A program made the translations under genes and the position numbers. The notes under the pieces were generated by a model. It saw only the letters and a list, made by a program, of their open reading frames with translations, made no database searches and was not told the DNA's origin. 64,000 nucleotides of DNA, taken from positions 2,046,001-2,110,000 of the forward strand of contig JAMWBK010000005.1 of the NCBI GenBank assembly GCA_029953675.1. Reading direction: 5' to 3'. Source of the DNA: Rhodosorus marinus CCMP1338 (Eukaryota > Plantae > Rhodophyta). Shown piece after piece: positions 55,057 to 64,000 of the stretch. How positions within the stretch are numbered: the stretch's first letter is position 1; every line of letters begins with the position of its first letter.

Positions 55057-58000
55057 TCATCGACCCGTCTTGAACCGCTTCGATGCATTCGGGAACCGGG
55101 AGGGGTCAAAGTCCGGATCGCTCGCGAGGCGAGAGCTTAGAGACCTCTGCAGTTGCTGGTTGTATGAGAGCGCAACACCGGAGTCCTCCAACTCCTTGCA
55201 TGCTTGATCAGCCTCCTCTGCGCTAACACCAGCACTTCTACTGGCTTTGCGCAGTGCTGTTGTAGCCATTTCCGCAGCTCCAGTATCCGTAAGCGGAGAA
55301 ACCGGCGGAGGTGGCTTGTTCGTTCCCCCAAGTCGATACCCACGACTCGTTGGCTTCTTCCTGAGACCGGTCTGTCTAATCTTGTCCTTTTCAACCAGTG
55401 AGCGCCATTTCTTGGCATCTTCGGGAACCAGATACTGGTCAAAGACATCACCAGACCCTACGAGTTGAACAAACGAATTTCCATTGAGGATCGAGAAACT
55501 AAGCAAAAGCCTGCGTGGCGTATGGAACGACGACATACCAGTCTGGCTCGAAGAAATTGGATCGCTTCGAAGGACCTACTCAGCATAGTTACCAGAAGGG
55601 ACAGAAGTTCGTCAGCAACTCTGCCGCTGTAAAACGAGCGGAAGAGACTCAGCTTCGAATGCGTACCGAATTGCCATCTTCGCGAATCTGATCGGTCACA
55701 GGCACATCCCCAGCTTCAGCTGCTGCCTCAGCAGCGAGTGCTTCTACCAGGTCTTCCATCGATTCATCCTCTTCATTGACCAACTCTGCAACCTCATCCA
55801 GAAGAGCATCAAGATTTGAATCCTACCGTAGGATTAAAAGCACCGCCATGAGTTTAGGAGAGGTTGGTCCGCTATGGATGCTTCTCTACAATTCGTAAAA
55901 TTACCTCTGCCTCTGCGGGCGCTCCCATGCTCTGGGAAGTCTCAACTGCACGACTAGCAGGTGTTGCTTCCACTGCCGCACCACTCGGAATGGACCGCTC
56001 TCCAACTCCAGCATTTCCATGTGCGGCTGGGGCAGGGGCATCCGTTTGAACATCGTTGACGCTGGTTGGTTCTGTGCGTTCGTCCCCGGACCTGTTCAAC
56101 TGTTGGATCCATCGGCCCCGAGAGTCCGTGGCATATCGAAGAAGGAGACCACTGCCCATCGCCATAACCATACCCAATTCTGCTCCACACAACTCTTGAC
56201 CGTGGGTAGATACGAGCCTTCGAATGAAGTTTTGAGCGTCCGGCCAACCACCTATCATCATGTTCGAGAGGTTATACGCACATTCTCCAACCTAATGATA
56301 TGAAAAACGGTTCTCAGCCTTTTCTACTCCTCTGACGAACGGATCTTTTGAACCTGAACGAACCGTCCAATCAAGCAAGCTTGAGGCAAGGCTCGGGAAC
56401 TCTTCGTCCTGAATCCGCTCATCCATGATGCATCTCATAATCTCCCGAGAGCGCCGGTGGAGAATGGGGAGGATCCTTTCCCTAGCAGTCCGGCTGTCAG
56501 GTCTACGTCGATCCGAAGTTGCCAGCTCGTTGTCGAGCTCTGTAATGAACTTTTCCAAGTCATCATTGAGAAGCCTAGAGAGATGCGGGTAGGACAAGCA
56601 AGATGTTTCAGATATTGCCCAAAGGGGGGGACCCCTCACAGCCGATCACTCGCGCTGCTCTGCGTGATTACCTATCGGCAAGTGCGTCCGCGCCCTCTGC
56701 AGAGCTGTCCATTTCTGTAAAGTTTTCTAAGCAGTAAGTCCGAACCGGCTGTCTCATGCTCTGCACGAACTCAAAGTTGCCGTTGAGGACGCCCATGAGC
56801 TGAACAATGCTAACGTTCTCCATCGCATGTCTAAGCAGCCCCTCAAGCTCAGACTCATCCGTCGAATTGAGACTGCTTCCCTCCATGGCGTTCCTGACCA
56901 AGTGCCCAACGCTTGGAGATGGGCCCTGAACCCCAGCTCCCTGCGCTGAAGCTGAGGACTGGATCTCATTCATGATCCGTCCGAACAAGTTCGCGTACTC
57001 CGCTAGCTCCGGATTGTCCGACTGAGGCCCTCCTTGAGCCGCTGGCTCCGACCTCGGCTCTGAGCGCAAAGGTCCCTCGGCCCTTTCTCCAAGTCCAGGA
57101 TCCGAGCCGTTATGCGCTTCGACTGATGCACCCTGCTCTGCGGGAGGGCCCTGAGAACGGGGCGTTTGAGCGTTTTGAGATGGCGGATTGCGATGGGTGT
57201 GTACGTGGACGTGAGTAACACTGGCCGGTCCCGTCTCTGCGTTTTGCCCTGCGGTTTGATGTCTGTGAACATTCACATGGAACCTGACGTCTGAATCCTT
57301 TCCAACAGAGCCACAAGCATATCAGTTTCCCGAACGACACATGGTATACAGGAAGTTGATGACTAACCACGTTCCCACCCGTGGTATCAGCGGGGGTTTC
57401 CGAGCCAGGTTGGTGTGCAGCTTGTTGCCTCTGTCTTTGTTCTGTTAGCGATTGAAGAATACCCTGAATAACCGGGGCAATATTTGGTATTAACTGGGAG
57501 ACGCTGTTGCCATCTTGCATTGGAACGTGAACTTGAGGCAGTCGTTGCTGAGAAGCCTGACTACCGGTTCCCTGTTGTTGATTCCGGGCGCCGGATTGAG
57601 CTTGCTGCTCATTTGTGGCATCTCCGGGAGTCCTTTGTTGATCGGTAGTTTCGCCGGGCACTGGTTGATCCTGCACATCCCGGTTCCCTGTAGCCCCACC
57701 CTGGTTTCCATCTTGTTGTGATTGTACCAACATATTCACAACATTACTAATCAACGGAGTGAAACCATTTACAACCTGCGAGAACCAAAGAGATGACGAC
57801 GCGTGAGGTTCACAGAAAATGTCTATAATGGGGAGGAGAAGGATCGCATCGAGACCTAGGGTAGGGCTTACCATATCCACCACGTTGCTCGCATCTTGCG
57901 TTCCATTGCTTTCATACGTAAACCCTGTCTGAAACTGAACACCCCCTTGTTGTGCTCTTTGAGTCTGTTCTTCAGCAGCACCCTGTGGTGCCTCATTCGC

Positions 58001-59324
58001 TGTAGGCTGAGAGTCCACCTGATCTGGTGAGTTTTCGGCGGCCCCTGTCTGTTGGTCTTGAGAAGCAGCTCTTCTTTCTGCCTCTGAGGTGCCAACGATG
58101 GCCGCGGCCAATCCCGTCAACCCGTTCGAAATGTTGGCGGAGAGCGCAAAGTCTGAGGCCGCCGAAGCAAGCCGCTGGGTCTCAGCCCGATCGTTCGCCA
58201 CGTTCTCCACACCCGATGGAAGAGATCCTCTAAGTGCTTCGTTCCTTTCGATGAGGGCCCGCTGAACGTTCACCACTGCGCCGACAAGGAATTGCAGGGC
58301 CTCCACTGAATCTTCAGGGAGCTGTTCAGTAGGTATCTGAGGACTACCGAGTCGATCCAGCGCTGTGTTAACATCCGCCAAAGTGGTCTGAGCTATGTGA
58401 GCCCTACCAGACTGTCGTCGATTAGCATGCACCGAAGCAGTCATGGCTGCCGCCGCCGCGCTGGCCCCGCCTCGCTGAGCCGCACTTGCCGGAAGCTGCA
58501 GCGCTTGCAGGACTGAAGTCACAATTGATCTGATGTTCTCAAATGCTGTCGACAGGAATTCCGCAAGAAAATGAACGTTGTGAGAATTCTCGAGCAGATA
58601 TTACCCGAGAAACAAGTCGCTTCTGGTCACTGTTCAGACTTACTCAAGTTGCCTCCCCGAGGGATCCCTATGGCTCGCGTCTGAAACGCTGCGACAGACG
58701 ACGTAAGAACACAACACACGACGATAAGAACCTTTGAGTGGGGAGCCGGTCCGAACGACATTGGCAATGTCAGCACGCAGACTTACTCAAGTTGTCGCCT
58801 CGCGGAAACCCTGTAACTCGAAGCATGATCGGATTCGCAGGACGACCAAGCCTTTGACCTTGAGGATTATGAGGGTGGTGGTGATGATGATGCTGAATTC
58901 AGGAACAAGATAGACCAGTGCCAGTTTCAAGTTCAGAGAGTGCCGAAAGCCGAAATGTCGTTAGTGTACTTGAGAACGCCATACGCACATGATGATGCCG
59001 TCTTCTGGGTTGAGGAGCCCCAGGAGGAGCCCCTGGATTGTTTGGCCTGGGCTCTTCTGGCTTTACGACAAGGTGGAGCACGTGTCCGTTCTCCAAGTGA
59101 TAATCGGCGAGGCTCTTGTCATCTCGCAGCACCGCGCCTCTGAATATCAACCTCTGTCGTTCCACAGGAACCTCTGCAACGCTCGCCACCTCCCTTCGTA
59201 AATCCAAAACCTGAGGATTTTCTTGTGAAATAACAACAGTATGCACCGTAGAGTCCAACATCTTCACAGACAATGTCAATGGCGCGCTCGAAGCTGCAGC
59301 CGGCGCGGCCTCCTCAGTGTCCAT
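55057..59324 (-). CDS. BAG6: BAG6/Scythe-like protein: N-terminal UBL, long low-complexity middle, C-terminal BAG-similar motif
   Basis: UBL LSVKMLDS...PVERQRLIFRGAVLRDDKSLADY; C-terminal SYNQQLQRSLSSRLASDPDFDPSRFPNASKRF. Confidence 0.85.
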
Positions 59325-59719
59325 ATTTTCCACTCTGGATAGAACTCCCGACCAAAACGACGAGATTGAATATACCAAAACCGACCTCAGAACTCAAGAG
59401 CAAAGCGGGCGTGAACTGGGTCGCGCGACAACCTCGTTCTTAAAGAAAAACAAACTACCAGCAAAGAAACCTCTCTGGCGGGCTAGACCGAACAAAGAGC
59501 TTCTCTTCTTTCCAAATTTTGAAAGAGCTGAATCTCCTCCAACTACTGCCCTCCTCTCCAAAGCAATCTCCCTCCCCAAGATTTGATGTGCGCTGCTGGC
59601 ACCGCTTTAGATACATACCCCCATCTTCTATTTTCAATAAGAAATTACTCGGCCATGATTACTGCTGCCACCCCCGCCCATGTTACCAACCAGCGATTGA
59701 AAACCAAAAAACCAGTTTT

Positions 59720-60432
59720 CTAAGATAAAACTCTGAGGCCGTTTGGACAGGCCTCCTTCCTGGAACATTGGTCATTCACCTGTGTACTCTCAGTACTTAT
59801 TTCGGGAATCCGAAACAAGCCTTGAAATTTAGAAATATTCGATTGTTGATTGAATGGATTGATTTCTGAGTGGGTTTGACAAAACTCTGGCAGGTCGGGA
59901 GAAGACTTGGAGTACAAGGAGGGCAGGGAACACCGCGAAGACCATAGAGCCAGAGGCATGTTAGTCATAAAGATTGATTCAAAGAAGGCTGTAGATGAAT
60001 GCTGCGAGTACCAGTTGCTTGTGAAAGCGGTTTTAAAAGTGTTGGGTAAGGGTTGTTTAGGGAAAATGTCCAAACGGGGATCTTGTCTAGTTTAAAGAGG
60101 CTAGTTACCATGATTTCAGTGTCTACGAATATCGAATATGCAGGTTGCTTATTGTAGTGAATAGCGCCGTGGCTCAATGCAGAAGTTGACAAAGTCAAAT
60201 CAACGTCCGAACATTCTGATAGTACTGAGTCCCTGACTGCATAGCGTAGAAACCACATCCGGAACGCGACTTCGTGCGATTTGAAACGTTCTCTTGTACG
60301 GGTTTTCGGCATCTTTTCTGCTCGAACTACTGGAACTCTAACGATTCCATGTTTTCTCGTTGTACGGGCTCCACTAGCCCCGGATCCATTCCCTTTCTCG
60401 CTCAAAAATGATTGCCGAAGTCTCCATTTCAA
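59720..60432 (-). CDS. Hypothetical protein, probably 2 exons
   Basis: Overlapping co-oriented ORFs 59965-60432 and 59720-60073. Confidence 0.35.
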
Positions 60433-61272
60433 TCAAGTCTAGTCTAGACCATTAAGAGTAGGGTTGTCGCCAAACCCTCCAGAATAATATCAAAACATAT
60501 ATTCTACTAGAAGCATACAGAGCTATCGGAAAGTTTCATATTTCGTACGAACCTATGCAGATTACGATTAGAGCTTGAAGTTCGGAAATATTTTAGTAGT
60601 AAAATTGGAGTAACACATTGAAGGAAAGAGACAGTTTTTAATTGCAGTGGATGGGATTTCGTGGAACAGTGATTTTTTGGATGAAATGAGATGAGAGAGG
60701 AGTTGTGGTAGTGGTATTGGAGGGCGTTTTGGAGAGGGGGAGGGGGAGGGGGAGAGATGTAAGGAGCTTTGGGATGGAATATATTATGTTTTGTTTTTGT
60801 ATTTGGTGATCACGAGGGAGGAGTAGAAACGAAGAGGAAGGAATCTATTGAACCGGTTTTTTGTTTGTTGCGACTGGATTTTAACGCTGTTGTACTTGGT
60901 AAGCTTGTTGACGAGGTTTTCTGGTGTCCGGACTTGGGAATTAGCTTTTGCTAGAGGGAGGTGATTATTCGGAGGTGGTTGTTTTTTGGTATTGGTGGGG
61001 CGTTGATGCTGGGGTGAGATGGTCCACGTATCCATTGGATCCAGTAGCGTCGTTTGAAGAACACTGCCCTCAGTACGAAGCCATTGCTTGTAAGTATTTC
61101 TCGCGGATTGAGGGCGAGGTAGAAAGCAAGGATGTTGTAGTGGCTTTAGCGGAACTTGAGGTGCATTTTGTAGCATAAATCAAGTGTGTTTTGAAGGGTA
61201 GGCCTGCCATCGCGGTTAGGGATAAGATATAATTCGATTGAAACTCTGGTATTGTAGTTTCAAAGCAGCGGT

Positions 61273-61728
61273 ATGTTGAGGACCTTGGCGGGTAGACGTG
61301 TTGTATTCGGAGGATTTGTTCAAGCTCAAGGGGCTCGAAGGGGACTCCTTTCCGGCTTAGCGGAGGAGGTCGTGAAGGGCGGCGAAGTCAGCGAAGTTCG
61401 TGTTTCTGATCGTTGTGTGCAGCGGTTAAAAGAGATTTCTAGCTCCCGAGGTGGGGCGGACGTCGCACTGCGCATCACGGTTGAAGGAGGAGGCTGTTCT
61501 GGATTTCAGTACAATTTTAACCTGGAGGAGTTCCGCCGACCAACGGAGGACGAGCACGTGTTTGAAAAGGACGGGAGGAAGGTCATCGTGGATGACGTAT
61601 CGTTGCCTTTTATCAGTGGATCTGAAGTTGACTTTGAAGAGGAAATGATTCGAACGTCCTTCAAAATTGTCGATAATCCTAACTCGGACAGCTCCTGCAG
61701 TTGCGGGTCTTCATTCTCCGCGAAATGA
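61273..61728 (+). CDS. ISCA2: A-type Fe-S cluster carrier, mitochondrial ISCA2-like
   Basis: Presequence, LRITVEGGGCSGFQY, VDDVSLPFISGSEVDFEEEMIRTSF, CSCGSSF. Confidence 0.95.
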   Translation: MLRTLAGRRVVFGGFVQAQGARRGLLSGLAEEVVKGGEVSEVRVSDRCVQRLKEISSSRGGADVALRITVEGGGCSGFQYNFNLEEFRRPTEDEHVFEKDGRKVIVDDVSLPFISGSEVDFEEEMIRTSFKIVDNPNSDSSCSCGSSFSAK

Positions 61729-62967
61729 GCGCTTACCGGTCATTGGAGGAAGCTCAGTTGGGCTGGTGGTTCCCCCGACCCAATTCGAAGCATTCACAGG
61801 TTATACGCAAAAGCGAATCTTCCACAAGTTTCAGTAGAATGATGGGCTCACCGTTGGCATAAAACTTGCTCGGAAGCTTTGCTAAGCTGTGCTATGCTGT
61901 GCTGTGCTGTTCCGTCCGAGAAAGGGTTCCGATGCAAATGACTAGACCTCCGTGAAGTCAGGAGGCAGGTTGGAGCCATCTACTGATGTTGATTGCACTG
62001 GCTTCAATCACTGCGCTTGAAGTGCATGGAGAAAGCTCTTCTAAATGCATGATCTAATCAAGATCATAGTATAAGCACAAGATCGTCCAGTTTTGGCAAG
62101 GGCGTTTGTGAACAAACAGAGCGATGGAGTTTGGTCGTCAACATATCCACGAGACAGATACAATCTACCAGTCCAGTCTTTAAAGCATCCGCAGACAACC
62201 GAAAGAAAGGGAGTACTAGAAGTGAAGAGCATGGGGTGAAGGCATTCTAGATTCAGCTCTCGGAAATTTCAAGCTGCGGCTTCTGTAATCTGAACACGGA
62301 GCTCTGCTTCTCTCCAGGGTCTTGACTCTGCTCGGAGCACAGAATGAGAGCGCGCGTGGAGAGCAAAACGTAATATTGGACAGAAATGGCCCCATTCGAC
62401 GTATCTTGTACATTGGAAAGCATTTCAATAACCACACGCACGTATTACAGATTCATTGCTGATTCTGAGCCCGTCTTTCCAAAGTGTCAGCGGGCACCTC
62501 AAAACTGTTGACGAAGTTCGTGATCCTTTCTTACTGGCTACCTATACTGTATATTTACAAAATAAATAGATGATTGTGCTTCTCGTTCTCCTGAAGTTCA
62601 TTGATTTCAACAATCCACGAAACTACAGCACGCGCCGCACACCTCTATTGGGCATAACAGTATCGCCTAGTGAAAATATTTAGATAGACAAACTTCATAT
62701 ATTCTAAAAGCGATGGAATTATTATATAAAATGGTTTGCTTGATGTACCTGGTAGTGTATGGATTGACTGAATCAGCCGGTTTCGCTTTCTAGTGCCTCG
62801 TCTGGGCGCTTCGCGAGGAGGTAAGGTTGTTGGGGAGAAAATGGGTTTCTGGTGGCAGTAAGGAGATGTTGCTTTCAAGTTTTGTTCGCTGGTTGCGTTG
62901 CGGAAAGGGTTGAAAGTACACTTTAAGGATGATACTACGCTGAGACCATTCGTAGGTGAGCGGGACA

Positions 62968-64000
62968 ATGGAGAATTCTTCTGAATCAGAAGGGGGTTCA
63001 AACCGACAGAGCTTGGACTCAAATGATATCACCGCGGCTGGGGAAACAAACGAGCTTCGTGAAGATGACAGCAGAGAATCGTGTTCACATGAAGTCGAAG
63101 AGCAATTGGATTATCTCAAGCAGCATTCCAGAGCTGCTACTGACGAACTTGCCCGCGAAGAGTTCCAAGCAAACCGGGCTAGTCCCGAACCGTCAACTGC
63201 GTTCACTGCGGAAGCGCCATCAACAATAGATACAGCGGAGCATTCTATTGAAGAGCTTCGAGACAAAATCACTACCACTGAGCTATTGATACAACTTGTC
63301 AACAACCGAGAACGAGAAAGCCTCAGTAACGGACTACTCCATTCTTCCCTTGCCGTTAACCCGTTGAGCGGGTCACGAGAGCACAAAGAGGCTCTGCGTA
63401 CAGCTGAGAATGGTGCAAAAGATGACAGATCTGCGGAAGGACACGGAGCATCTGGTGATTCAAACCGTGTGGGACCAAGATCGACTCCTTGCGAACAGGG
63501 AGAAAACTGTTTGCCATTAGTGGATTGCAAGGATTTTGCAGCATCCCACACTTTTGAGCGGGAACGGATAGTGGATTCGTCTTTGACGAAGGAGTTCAGT
63601 GACGCTGACGAGCTTCTGGATACCTCGAGAGAGGGATACTGCGAAGATGTAACTGTATTGGAAGGGGCTGAGAACCAGATCCCAGCTGAAGAAGAAGACG
63701 GACATGCAAGCGATGATTCGGAACTCAGGAGATCGGACTCGTGCATCGACTACCGTGGAGAAGACGAGCTTATGGAATCTGCGCACGAGCATGCGGAAGA
63801 GTCTCCACTGCAGGCGACAGGGCTTAAATCCTACGCTGACGTGAATAAAGCACAGAAAGCGCTAGGCAAGGGGTTATCTGAGATTCAGACATTTGCGCAC
63901 CAAGTGGTTACGAACGCCGAACAAGCTTTCGATTGTCTTTCACCTCTATCCCCGGCTCCGAATGTCTCTCAGAACGAACAGAAGAATGTAACCAATGTTC
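62968..64000 (+). CDS. Acidic low-complexity hypothetical protein, runs off the window end
   Basis: Uninterrupted frame from ATG 62968 (MENSSESEGGSNRQSLDSNDITAAGETNEL...) to 64000; absent from the ORF track, presumably because it has no stop in the window. Confidence 0.7.
   Translation, partial: MENSSESEGGSNRQSLDSNDITAAGETNELREDDSRESCSHEVEEQLDYLKQHSRAATDELAREEFQANRASPEPSTAFTAEAPSTIDTAEHSIEELRDKITTTELLIQLVNNRERESLSNGLLHSSLAVNPLSGSREHKEALRTAENGAKDDRSAEGHGASGDSNRVGPRSTPCEQGENCLPLVDCKDFAASHTFERERIVDSSLTKEFSDADELLDTSREGYCEDVTVLEGAENQIPAEEEDGHASDDSELRRSDSCIDYRGEDELMESAHEHAEESPLQATGLKSYADVNKAQKALGKGLSEIQTFAHQVVTNAEQAFDCLSPLSPAPNVSQNEQKNVTNV

Noticed and set aside
60720-60760. G-rich tract (possible G-quadruplex) upstream of ISCA2; poly-G near 50250
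   Set aside because: Similar purine-rich tracts precede several genes here and there is no specific evidence of function.
60784-61178. ORFs 60784-61176 (-) and 60948-61178 (+)
   Set aside because: Low-complexity, T/G-skewed leader sequence of ISCA2 with no protein-family features.

Overview
Gene-dense eukaryotic nuclear DNA with short GT-AG introns. It is most likely a unicellular red alga; this is an inference from the 18S sequence, an MGFV-type plastid presequence and the gene repertoire. The window holds one complete, intron-free 18S-5.8S-28S rDNA unit on the minus strand (~12.0-17.7 kb), with no neighbouring repeat unit and no 5S gene. Flanking protein genes include mitochondrial ClpB/Hsp78, an FHA protein, a cytochrome P450, an FSH1-type hydrolase, PRMT5, LSG1, a YjeF_N protein, NOL9/Grc3, NKAP, a three-HMG-box protein, a CCA-adding enzyme, histone H3, an EXD1-like exonuclease, a septin, Ub-eL40, SAE1, BAG6, ISCA2 and several orphan ORFs. 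The main unexplained signal is a 9-nt motif, ACCCTGA(A/G)G. I count 22 exact copies by eye, against about 1 expected by chance. All lie in the first 28.1 kb, nearly all in non-coding DNA, in strand-polarised clusters with unique spacers. Copies sit just downstream of 28S and just upstream of a plant-like Pol I start, the layout of Reb1/TTF-I terminator boxes. Also notable are a land-plant-type 3xHMG-box protein, a septin with a hydrophobic tail, a YjeF_N protein with a degenerate active-site loop, and two strong hairpin elements. Exon boundaries were read by eye, so many gene ends are approximate.
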